DNA from: Armatimonadota bacterium
Lineage (GTDB): Bacteria > Armatimonadota > Armatimonadia > Armatimonadales > Armatimonadaceae
Direction of reading: 5' to 3'
Assembly (NCBI GenBank): GCA_043754515.1
Contig: JAYUUO010000136.1
Location: forward strand, 1-38,616
DNA length: 38,616 bases
Shown: one piece after another, positions 1 to 8,386 of the stretch
Layout of the letters: every line of letters starts with the position of its first letter
Numbering within the stretch: position 1 is the stretch's first letter
The notes under the pieces: generated by a model
Database searches by the model: none
Seen by the model: the letters and a program-made list of their open reading frames with translations, nothing else
What the model was told of the DNA's origin: nothing
Made by a program: the position numbers and the translations under genes

Positions 1-60
1 GCCTTGTGTTCCAACTTATGGAATGCCTCATTATTTCTCCCGTCTCGGCGAGGAAGACGG

Positions 61-116
61 GTTAGATTTCTTCGTGAGGCAACGAATCTCCCAAAGTTAG
101 ATTTTTAGTGAGGCAA
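61..116. repeat. imperfect direct repeat (2 copies, 35-nt period), possible operator
   Basis: GTTAGATTTCTTCGTGAGGCAA (61-82) and GTTAGATTTTTAGTGAGGCAA (96-116); core TGAGGCA also inverted at 24-30. Confidence 0.65.
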
Positions 117-125
117 TTCGGGTAG

Positions 126-155
126 TTGCTTAAAAGCATAGGAACGTCGTATAAT
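126..155 (+). promoter_or_regulatory. sigma70-type promoter for the STAND regulator
   Basis: TTGCTT (126-131), 18-nt spacer, TATAAT (150-155) upstream of the 212/242 start codons. Confidence 0.6.
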
Positions 156-211
156 CAAACCGCGCCCCGACGCGCGAATCGCTACCTGGCTATGCCGACG
201 CGCTTCTGCCC

Positions 212-3055
212 GTGCTTGCTGAAAAGGACTCGCGACTTTTTATGCCCCCGCCCCCCGCTGCTCCGGCACCGACGCCCGTGCGCTGGCAGGTCACCCTGCT
301 CGGCGGGCTAAGCCTCGCCCGTGCCGGAAACGCGGACACGCCCCCAATCACGCACTTCCGCATGGAGCGCGTCGCCCTGCTCCTCGCCCGCCTCGCCCTT
401 TTCCCTGCCCGCGTCCACTCCCGTGGGGAGTTGGCCGCTCTGCTTACGCCCGACGCCCCCGACGCCGCGACCGAGCGCGCATATCTGTCCCAGGCACTGA
501 CCTACCTGCGCCGCGTCCTTGAACCTGCCGGCACCCCGCGCGGCGCGGTCCTCATCGCCGACGCCGCTTCCGTGTGCGCCGCGCTCGGCACTCTCGTGTC
601 CGACGCCGCGCGTTTCGAGGCGGCGGTGGCGCAAGCGTTGCGCGTGCCCGATCCCGCCGCCGCGGTCGCCGCCCTGCGCGAAGCCGACGCCCTGTACGCC
701 GGCGAACTGTTGCCCGGCTTCTACGCCGAGTGGGTGGAGGATGAACGTAACCGGCTCGCCGCCCGGCGCGCGGACGCCGCGGCGCGGCGGGCGAAGCTCG
801 AAGCCGTGTTGCCCCCGACCGTTCCCGGCGCGTTACCGCCTGCCCTGGTACGTCTGCCGCACCCGCTCACACGCTATTTCGGGCGCGAGGGGGAGCGGCG
901 CGATCTCGAAGCGCGGCTTGGCGCGAAGGACGGGGCGCGGCTGGTTACACTGACCGGCGGGGGCGGCATCGGCAAGACCCGGCTTGCCACCGAGGTCGCG
1001 CGTTCGCTCGCCGCGCGCGGGGCGTTCGCGGACGCCGTGTTTATCGCGTTGTCGGAGGCGCGGCAGGCGGATGCCCTGCCCGGCGCACTCGCCGCCGCGG
1101 TCGGTTGCGGGGCGCGGGAGTCGCCGCTCGACGCCGTGCGCGCGTGGCTACGCACCCGCCCCCCGTCGGGTCGCACGCTGTTCGTCCTCGACAACTGCGA
1201 GCAGTTCGAGGGCGGCATCGCTTCCGTGTTGCGTTCGTTGCTCGACGCCGCGCCGCGCCTTGCGATCCTCGCCACGTCGCGCTCGCCCCTCGGCGCGTAT
1301 GGTGAGCAGGAGTTTCCCCTTTCGCCTCTGCCCGGCGTCGCGGGCGGTATGGCGGGAGTCACGCCGACGCCGGACGATCTGCTCGCTTGCCCCGACGTCT
1401 GCCTGTTCGCCGCGCGGGCGCGGCTCGTGCGCCCCGAATTCGCCGTTACCGCCGCCAATGCCGGGGCGGTCGTCGCCGTATGCCGCATTCTGGAAGGCGT
1501 GCCGCTCGCCATCGAACTTGCGGCGGCACGGGCGCGCGTCTTGTCGCCAGCGCAGATCGCCGAACGTCTCGTTGACCGCTTCGACCTGCTGGTGCGGCGT
1601 GACAAGAACGGCGGCGACGGGGAACGCCACCAATCGTTGCGGGCGGCGCTCGCGTGGAGTTACGACCTGCTCGCGCCGAACCTGAAGACATTTTTCGGGG
1701 CACTGTCGGTGTTCCGCGGCGGGTTCACCTTAGAAGCAACAACGGCGGTAACCGGCGTTTCCGACGCCCTCGACCCGCTCACGCTGCTATGCGAGCGCTC
1801 GCTCGTGCTGTGCGACGGCGACGAGGGCGGGAGCGGCGCGGAAATGCGCTACCGGCTGCTCGAATCCCTGCGCGAGTTCGCGAATGAGCAGCTGACGACA
1901 GACGAGCGGCACGAACTTTATCTCCGTCACGTCGCCCATTACGCGGGGGCGGCGCGGGCGTGCGCGGCGGACACGGCGACGGACTGGCTTTCGCCGGAAC
2001 TGCGCCGCGAGAACGCCAACACCGAGGCGGCGGTCGGCTATGCGCTCGAACTCGGCGACGGCGACGGCGCGGCGGACACAGCAGGGCATTTGTGGCACCG
2101 CTTAGGCAGCCAGGAATCGGCGGTGTATCGCCTTGATCATTTGCAGCAAACGCTGGCGCGTTGCGAAATGCTCTCCCTAACGCCCGCTGCACGCCAACGG
2201 CTGACCTTCGCCGTTGGTCACATCGCCTACCACCACGGGCGTTTCGACCTCGCCCGCGCCGCCCTCGAAACGGTGCGCGAGCTTGCGTACGCCTCCGGGG
2301 ACGAAGGGGCATGGTGCACGGCGACTCATTCGCTCGGCTCGACGCTCCGACACCTGGGCGACCCGGTGAGCGGCGCGGCACTGCACGAAGCCGCGCTCGC
2401 CGCCTGTCCGCCGGACGACGATACCAACCTCCTGTCGTTACGTAACACAATGGCTGCGAACGCCCTGATGGACGGCGATTACGAGCGGGCGGACGATCTG
2501 TTCGCGGCGGCGATAGTCGGGGCAGGTTCCCGATCCGGCACTTTGCTTCCTACGCTTCTAGCGAATCGGGCGTATCTGTGCGTTCTGCGAAACCGGTACG
2601 AAGAGATGGTTCCCCTGCTGGACGCCGTGCGGGAATGGTCTCGCGCGAGCGGCCACAGCAGTATGTTGGGGTTCGCGGATCAGATCGAGGGGTTCGGTGC
2701 TTGTCGGCGCGAGGACTGGGTGGTTGCGCGCCGCCTCGCTGGGCAGAGTCTGCGGACGTTCGTGGAGACCGGCGAGGAGCGCCGCCAGATCGAATCCATG
2801 GCGATGATGGGGCAGGCAATCGGTGCCACGGACCCTCTTATCGGCGCACGCCTTGTCGGCGCGGCGTCGGCACTCGCGGCGTCGCGTTTCGCGCTGGAGC
2901 CAGAGGAACAGGTGGTGATGGACGCTACAGCGGTACGGTTGCGCGCCGCGCTCGGCGACGCCGCGTTCGAGGCGGCGACGGGTGAGGGGGCGCGGTGGAC
3001 GCTCGCGGAGGCGGTGGAGCGGGCACTGGGAGCGGAGGAGGGGGCCGGGAGGTGA
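212..3055 (+). CDS. AfsR/SARP-like transcriptional regulator: winged helix, partial BTAD, STAND (NB-ARC-like) ATPase, TPR region
   Basis: N-terminal 'VTLLGGL..LLARLAL..SRGELAALL', BTAD-like 'ALYAGELLPGFYAEWVEDER', Walker A GGGGIGKT, Walker B LFVLDNCE, 'LEGVPLAIELAAAR', 'SLRAALAWSYDLL', C-terminal helical repeats; start may be ATG 242. Confidence 0.9.
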   Translation: MLAEKDSRLFMPPPPAAPAPTPVRWQVTLLGGLSLARAGNADTPPITHFRMERVALLLARLALFPARVHSRGELAALLTPDAPDAATERAYLSQALTYLRRVLEPAGTPRGAVLIADAASVCAALGTLVSDAARFEAAVAQALRVPDPAAAVAALREADALYAGELLPGFYAEWVEDERNRLAARRADAAARRAKLEAVLPPTVPGALPPALVRLPHPLTRYFGREGERRDLEARLGAKDGARLVTLTGGGGIGKTRLATEVARSLAARGAFADAVFIALSEARQADALPGALAAAVGCGARESPLDAVRAWLRTRPPSGRTLFVLDNCEQFEGGIASVLRSLLDAAPRLAILATSRSPLGAYGEQEFPLSPLPGVAGGMAGVTPTPDDLLACPDVCLFAARARLVRPEFAVTAANAGAVVAVCRILEGVPLAIELAAARARVLSPAQIAERLVDRFDLLVRRDKNGGDGERHQSLRAALAWSYDLLAPNLKTFFGALSVFRGGFTLEATTAVTGVSDALDPLTLLCERSLVLCDGDEGGSGAEMRYRLLESLREFANEQLTTDERHELYLRHVAHYAGAARACAADTATDWLSPELRRENANTEAAVGYALELGDGDGAADTAGHLWHRLGSQESAVYRLDHLQQTLARCEMLSLTPAARQRLTFAVGHIAYHHGRFDLARAALETVRELAYASGDEGAWCTATHSLGSTLRHLGDPVSGAALHEAALAACPPDDDTNLLSLRNTMAANALMDGDYERADDLFAAAIVGAGSRSGTLLPTLLANRAYLCVLRNRYEEMVPLLDAVREWSRASGHSSMLGFADQIEGFGACRREDWVVARRLAGQSLRTFVETGEERRQIESMAMMGQAIGATDPLIGARLVGAASALAASRFALEPEEQVVMDATAVRLRAALGDAAFEAATGEGARWTLAEAVERALGAEEGAGR

Positions 3056-3075
3056 AAGTCTCGGGTTCTGATACG

Positions 3076-3119
3076 TGAATGTATCCGGTATGTGCCTCCG
3101 GCGGGACCGGATACATTCA
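3076..3119. repeat. perfect 14-bp inverted repeat with 16-nt loop (terminator or operator)
   Basis: TGAATGTATCCGGT (3076-3089) / ACCGGATACATTCA (3106-3119), between the convergent regulator and rodA. Confidence 0.75.
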
Positions 3120-3297
3120 TGCACCGTAGCCGCGCCCGAGAGGAGGCTTAGCGCAACCAGGGTGCCAAATACGAGTGTCTGTATCGCCGTTCATAATCCC
3201 GTTGTGACCGTTCTTGGCGTGTGCGCGCTTTTCATGGCGTTTCTAAGCGGACAAGTCATAGAAACGAGGCTATGGGGAGTGGGGACGGTGAGCGCGG

Positions 3298-4419
3298 CTA
3301 GAAAAGCGACCGGTGTCGCCGCATTCCGATCCCGATCAGTAGCCCGATCCCGGCGAGGTTCGCCCACGCCGCCGACCCGCCGAAACTCATCAGTGGGAGC
3401 GGGACGCCGACCACGGGCATGATGCCGGTCGTCATGCCGATGTTGACCAGCAGGTGGAACGCGAGTAGCGACACGACGCCGGACGCGATCAGCCGCCCCA
3501 GCGGGTCGTCGCAGCCCGCCGCTATCGCCAGACCCCTTAGCAACACCACCGCGTAGACCGACAGCAACACGCACGAGCCGACGAAGCCCGTCTCCTCGCC
3601 CACCACCGTGAAGATGAAGTCGGTGTGATTTTCCGGGATGAAGTGATTGTTGGTCTGCAAACCGTGCAGGTAGCCCTGTCCGCTGACCGATCCGCCTCCT
3701 ATGGCGACCAGGCTTTGTAGCACGTGGTAGCCCTTACCCTTCGGGTCCGAAAGAGGGTTGATGAACGTATGTACCCGCTCCTTCTGGTAATCTTTCAGCA
3801 GGTTGAACTGCCACGCAACTCCGAACAGCAGAATCCCGACCGCGAACAGGCCCGCCAGATGCTGCCACTTCGCGCCCGCCACGAACACGATCCCCAGCCA
3901 GATGACGATAATCACTAAGGCCGTGCCGAGATCGGGCTGCTTCATGATCAAAAGCGTCGGGATGGCGATGTGCAGAAGCGACAGGAGCAGATACGGGAAC
4001 TGACGGATCCGGGTCTCCATCTGCGCGACGTAGCAGGAGAGGGTGATGATGGTCAGGATCTTGGCGAATTCGGACGGCTGTAGCTTAAAGTCCATGCCGG
4101 GGATCGGGAGCGGGATCCACCGTGCCGCCCCCTTCACTTCGGGCGAGAAGACCTCCACCGCGAGCAGTAGCAGGATGTTCGCGCCGTAAAGATACGGCAC
4201 GTAACGCGGCAGGTTCGTATAATCGCGGCTCGCCACCAGCCCGCACACGCCCAGTCCGACCGCGAAGTAGACCCCCTGCCGTATCGCCTGCCCCATCCCG
4301 ACCCCCCGCGCGAACGTCGCGGCGTATACAGCGGTGACCGAGAATGCCATCAGCACCAGCACGGCGAGGAGCAGTGTTTTGTCAATATTGCGGAAAAGGC
4401 GGCCTTCTAGTAAAGACAT
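3298..4419 (-). CDS. rodA: rod shape-determining SEDS glycosyltransferase RodA
   Basis: 'KGAARWI', 'QPSEFAK', 'QPDLGT', 'GYHVLQSLVAIGGG', 'PENHTDFIF', 'GVPLPLMSFGGS'; about 10 TM segments. Confidence 0.92.
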   Translation of the reverse strand: MSLLEGRLFRNIDKTLLLAVLVLMAFSVTAVYAATFARGVGMGQAIRQGVYFAVGLGVCGLVASRDYTNLPRYVPYLYGANILLLLAVEVFSPEVKGAARWIPLPIPGMDFKLQPSEFAKILTIITLSCYVAQMETRIRQFPYLLLSLLHIAIPTLLIMKQPDLGTALVIIVIWLGIVFVAGAKWQHLAGLFAVGILLFGVAWQFNLLKDYQKERVHTFINPLSDPKGKGYHVLQSLVAIGGGSVSGQGYLHGLQTNNHFIPENHTDFIFTVVGEETGFVGSCVLLSVYAVVLLRGLAIAAGCDDPLGRLIASGVVSLLAFHLLVNIGMTTGIMPVVGVPLPLMSFGGSAAWANLAGIGLLIGIGMRRHRSLF

Positions 4420-4473
4420 ATCGGGGGTCCGCTTCTGTTATACGCGGTTTGTAGCGGAAGTGCTTGTCGCGGG

Positions 4474-5103
4474 CTACGCGCGGGGCGGCTCATTCCCGGT
4501 GATCGCCGCCCAGACGGCACCCGCTTGCGTCTGCGTTTCGGCCTCCGCGCCGTTCGTCCGGATCACGAAGTCGGCGCGGCGCGCCTTCTCCTCGTTCGGG
4601 AGTTGCGCCGCGAGCCGCCCGGCGAGTTGCATGGGGGAGAGTGGCGGGCGTCCGGCGACGCGCTCGCGCTCCTGAATCCGTCCGCCCTGTGTCTCCGGGG
4701 AGCAGATCACGGCGACCACGGCATCGAACATAGCCGCGCGATCCTTCTCGAACAGGAGCGGGACTTCGTAGGCCAGAATCGGCGAGTCATTCTCCGAACG
4801 CGCCGCGTCAATAGCGGACTGCATCCGCGCGAATATCGCCGGATGCAGAATTGTCTCCAAACGACCGCGCGCTTCCGGGTCGCCGAAGACGCGGGCGGAG
4901 AGCGCGGCGCGGTCCAGTGTCCCGTCCGCGCCGCGAACGTCGGGGAACGCCGCGAACACGGCGCCGAGCGTCGCTGACGGCGGCGCGACCACGGCGCGTG
5001 CGTCCGCGTCCGCCGACGCCACGCGTGCGCCCCACTCGCCGAACAGACGCGTCACGAACGATTTCCCGCATGCGATCCCGCCCGTAATTCCGATAACCCA
5101 CAT
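4474..5103 (-). CDS. coaE: dephospho-CoA kinase
   Basis: 'IGITGGIACGKS' P-loop, 'LDRAAL', 'ILHP', 'EVPLLFE', 'ADFVI'; ATG 5103 follows SD GGAAGGAG. Confidence 0.95.
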   Translation of the reverse strand: MWVIGITGGIACGKSFVTRLFGEWGARVASADADARAVVAPPSATLGAVFAAFPDVRGADGTLDRAALSARVFGDPEARGRLETILHPAIFARMQSAIDAARSENDSPILAYEVPLLFEKDRAAMFDAVVAVICSPETQGGRIQERERVAGRPPLSPMQLAGRLAAQLPNEEKARRADFVIRTNGAEAETQTQAGAVWAAITGNEPPRA

Positions 5104-5141
5104 AAACGCTCCTTCCTGACCGCTAATCACATGACCCCGAC

Positions 5142-5182
5142 AAAAGAAAACGCCGACGCGGGTTGAACTCGCGTCGGCGTTT
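5142..5182 (-). terminator. intrinsic terminator after rpsA
   Basis: GC-rich stem AAACGCCGACGCG/CGCGTCGGCGTTT followed by TCTTTT on the minus strand. Confidence 0.85.
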
Positions 5183-5204
5183 CGTACTATCAAACCGGGG
5201 GCGA

Positions 5205-6893
5205 CTACTTCTCGCCCTCGGTGGTGTCCGTAACTTCGGTGCCTTCGGCCACCTCGGCGACAACCGCTTCGGCGTCCGCTTCCGGCTCCGCGTCGAAGTC
5301 AATGTTGTCGAGGTCTTCTTCCTCTTCCTCGTAACGACGCGCCCGCTTCTTGACCGCGCCTGGCTTGGGGGCCTTGCCGCCGCCGCCGGTGAACATGTCG
5401 CCAAACATGTCGCCGAGCGTCAGTCCGCCGCCGCCGCTGCTGTAGTTGCTACTCCAGCCGCCCGGTGCCGCGACGCCACCTCCGCCGCCCTCTTCCTCAA
5501 ACCCGCCGCGCCGCTTCTTCTCGCGCTTGGGTGCCCGGTTCGGGTCGCCATCCGCCGCGGGCGTGGTGCCATCCGCCGCCGGTCGTAGCGGCTCGGTGTC
5601 GCGTTGCAGTGCGCGGAGCGACAGCGTGATGCGCCGATCCTCGGCGCGCACGTCAATCACCTTGACCTGTACCATCTGACCGGCTTCGACCACGTCGGAC
5701 GGCTTGGCGATACGCCGGTTCGCCAGTTCGCTGTTCGGGATGATGCCTTCGATGCCGCCTTCCAGCGCGACAAACGCGCCGAACTGCACGAGCCGGGTGA
5801 CCTCGCCCTCGACCGTGTCGTTGACGTGGTACTTCTCGCCCGCCGCGAGCCACGGGTCGGGAAGCAGGTCGCGCATACCGAGCGAGACGCGCCCCTGATC
5901 GAGGCTGAGTTTGAGTACTTTGACCTGGACTTCCTGGCCGACTTTAACCACATCGGACGGGTGCTTGATGCGCGTCCACGACATTTCGGACACGTGGAGC
6001 AACCCGTCAATGCCGCCGAGGTCAACGAACGCTCCGTAGTCGGTCACGCGGCGGATCACGCCGGTGCGCACCTGGCCTTCGCCGAGGGCACCGATCGTGC
6101 TCTGCTTCTGCTGCTCGCGCTCTTCTTCCGTGGCGAGGCGGTGCGACAGAACGACCTTGCGTCCTCCGCGGTCCACTTCCAGTACCTTGAGCGGGATCGT
6201 CTGTCCGACGAACTTGTCGAGGTTCTTCAGTTTGCCGTTGCCGACGTGCGACGCGGGCACGAAGCCGCGTGCGCCGATGTCAACCACCAAGCCGCCCTTG
6301 ACGCGCTCTTGCACGATGCCGCTCACGACCTTGCCCTCGTTCATGGTCTCGATCAGGCGGTCCCAAGTCTTCTCGAAGTCGGCACGCTTTTTGGAGAGCA
6401 GGATGTTCCCCTCGCGCCCTTCGGGGTCGAGCACGAGCACATCAATCTGCTCGTCAATCTTGACGACTTCGAGCGGATCGTTGAACGGGTCGCGGGAAAG
6501 TTCGGACAGGCGGATGATGCCCTCCGACTTCGCGCCGATGTCAACAAGCACGCCCTCTTTAGGGTCAATCTTGACCACGGTACCGGTGACGACCTGACCG
6601 GCGCGGAACTCGGAGCCGCCGCCTTCTTCGTCACGCCGCCCATTGCGTCCGCCACGCCCGTTGCCGCGTCCGGCGCGGCGGTCGCGGTCGTTTTCGGTGC
6701 CGGGCACCTCGATCTCGTCGAGGGGTGGCATCTGGTTCAGGTCGTTCCCTTCCGCGGCCGCGGCCGCGGCGGTCGCCGTGCCGCTCGCACCGTTAAGGTA
6801 CGGGGGTACGGAAACCGGGGAAGGGATGGCGGACGGCGCGGAAGCGGTTGCTTCCGCTTCTGTTGTCGTCACACCGGTCGTTTCGTCTGACAT
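5205..6893 (-). CDS. rpsA: 30S ribosomal protein S1 (four S1 domains) with long low-complexity termini
   Basis: four S1 repeats ('VLVDIGAKSEG', 'GGLVVDIGARGFVPASH', 'DYGAFVDLGGIDGLLHVSE', 'FGAFVALEGGIEG'); ATG 6893 follows SD AAGGAG. Confidence 0.95.
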   Translation of the reverse strand: MSDETTGVTTTEAEATASAPSAIPSPVSVPPYLNGASGTATAAAAAAEGNDLNQMPPLDEIEVPGTENDRDRRAGRGNGRGGRNGRRDEEGGGSEFRAGQVVTGTVVKIDPKEGVLVDIGAKSEGIIRLSELSRDPFNDPLEVVKIDEQIDVLVLDPEGREGNILLSKKRADFEKTWDRLIETMNEGKVVSGIVQERVKGGLVVDIGARGFVPASHVGNGKLKNLDKFVGQTIPLKVLEVDRGGRKVVLSHRLATEEEREQQKQSTIGALGEGQVRTGVIRRVTDYGAFVDLGGIDGLLHVSEMSWTRIKHPSDVVKVGQEVQVKVLKLSLDQGRVSLGMRDLLPDPWLAAGEKYHVNDTVEGEVTRLVQFGAFVALEGGIEGIIPNSELANRRIAKPSDVVEAGQMVQVKVIDVRAEDRRITLSLRALQRDTEPLRPAADGTTPAADGDPNRAPKREKKRRGGFEEEGGGGGVAAPGGWSSNYSSGGGGLTLGDMFGDMFTGGGGKAPKPGAVKKRARRYEEEEEDLDNIDFDAEPEADAEAVVAEVAEGTEVTDTTEGEK

Positions 6894-7068
6894 CGTGTTA
6901 AATCGCTCCTTGTGCGCGGGCGTCCCTTGAAAAGGAGTTAGGTTCTTTACTACGAAGGAACCGGACGGACACGCGCGCAACCGCTACAATTTCGGTATTT
7001 TCTCTTTTGTTTTAACGTTCTATTATAACGTATCGTTTCGCTGCTCGGGTCTCCCCGAACGAAATTTT

Positions 7069-7929
7069 TTACGGCGGGGGCGGCTGACACACCCCGCAGA
7101 ACACCGCCGACCGGCCCGCGAGGCGGATCCGGGTCAGTGGCGCGCCGCACGCGTCGCAGGGCTGGCCGCCCCGGTCATACACTCTCGGCGTGTATCCCCC
7201 GGCGTCGCCCGCGACATCGAAGAAGTTATCCGATGTCGTGCCGCGACTCTCCACCGCCTCCGTCAGCACCGCCTTGATCGCGTCCGCGAGCCGTTCCGCC
7301 TCGCCCGCGTCCAGCGAGTTCGCCGCCCGCTCCGGGTGAATACGCGCAGTGTATAACGCCTCATCCGCGTAAATGTTCCCGACGCCCGCCACCACGCTTT
7401 GATCCAACAGGGTCGGCTTGATCGCCGTCCGCCGCCGGGCAAGTGCTTCCGCGAACACACCGCCCGTCCACTCCGCGGTCAGTGGCTCCGGCCCCATCAG
7501 CGCGAGCGCGGGTACCGCACCCGCCACCTCGCCCTCATACAGGGCGCGCATCTCACCCCACGTCCACGCGTCCCGGAAGCGTACCAGCCGCGACTCTCCG
7601 CCCGTCTCTTCCACCGCGAGCGTGACGCACAGATACTTCCCCGGCTCGCTGTCCGGCATCTCGACCGCGATCTGCCCGCGCATCTTCAGGTGGATATATA
7701 GGGAAAGTGGTTCAGGGGAACACCGGGGCGGGACGAGCCGTACAATCAAGTACTTGCCCCTGCGGGCGATGCTTTCTATATGGCACCCAATGACCCGCTC
7801 CCGGAGCGTTCCCGGCGGCTGACCGCGCAACACTTTGGCATTCGCCACCTGGCAGTCCGTGATGGTAAAGCCGGTGACCGTTCGCGCCAGTCCGCGCCGC
7901 ACAGTTTCTACCTCCGGCAGTTCCGGCAC
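7069..7929 (-). CDS. mutM: formamidopyrimidine-DNA glycosylase (Fpg)
   Basis: N-terminal PELPEVE, 'RRGKYL', 'HLKMRG', H2TH 'LLDQSVVAGVGNIYADE', C-terminal CxxC..CxxC zinc finger. Confidence 0.97.
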   Translation of the reverse strand: MPELPEVETVRRGLARTVTGFTITDCQVANAKVLRGQPPGTLRERVIGCHIESIARRGKYLIVRLVPPRCSPEPLSLYIHLKMRGQIAVEMPDSEPGKYLCVTLAVEETGGESRLVRFRDAWTWGEMRALYEGEVAGAVPALALMGPEPLTAEWTGGVFAEALARRRTAIKPTLLDQSVVAGVGNIYADEALYTARIHPERAANSLDAGEAERLADAIKAVLTEAVESRGTTSDNFFDVAGDAGGYTPRVYDRGGQPCDACGAPLTRIRLAGRSAVFCGVCQPPPP

Positions 7930-8073
7930 GTTTATTTCGGGGATCCTTTACTTTCGACGCTCGGACGTCCGCGCACCGGCGGGAACTGGGAAAAGCGGTG
8001 CCTCCCGCGCGCGTTTTCGCGGTCGCGTTTGGCCTGTCCGCGTAGGCACGCGTATCCCCATCAAAACGGGAAT

Positions 8074-8102
8074 AGTATACCGCGCCTTGTTCGTCACGTC
8101 AA
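8074..8102 (-). promoter_or_regulatory. sigma70-type promoter upstream of mutM
   Basis: TTGACG (8102-8097), 17 nt, TATACT (8079-8074). Confidence 0.8.
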
Positions 8103-8386
8103 GCCCTCGCGCCGACTTCCGTTCGGGCGGGCGTGCGCGAGGTAGTCATGCTACGACTCCGCTAGCCGACACCCGCCGCGACGAAGCCGTGGCGTCATCG
8201 GGGACGTGACGTGTGCGGAGAGCCATGGTGGGCGTGGATCATTTTGTCCGGCCCCGATTTTCATCTGGTTCAGCGATGCTTCTGAACCCCCAGATGTTCG
8301 TTAGAAAAGACGCGGCCGCGAGCACGGGCAGGAAAGCCGAACGCTCTAAGCAGGAAAACGACACTTCCGCCCTTAATATAATGTGT

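Noticed and set aside
61..116. CRISPR array
   Set aside because: Only two imperfect copies with a 13-nt spacer and no cas genes in the window
212..3055. Avs-type antiphage STAND defence system
   Set aside because: The N-terminus is a wHTH/BTAD regulator module rather than a nuclease, TIR or SIR2 effector, and no defence genes are adjacent
5604..6890. 428-aa plus-strand ORF
   Set aside because: Antisense shadow of rpsA, typical of high-GC codon bias; no motifs
8213..8386. N-terminal extension of PpaC, and a fluoride or Mn riboswitch upstream
   Set aside because: Homology starts after 8387; neither the crcB nor the yybP-ykoY consensus could be matched by eye
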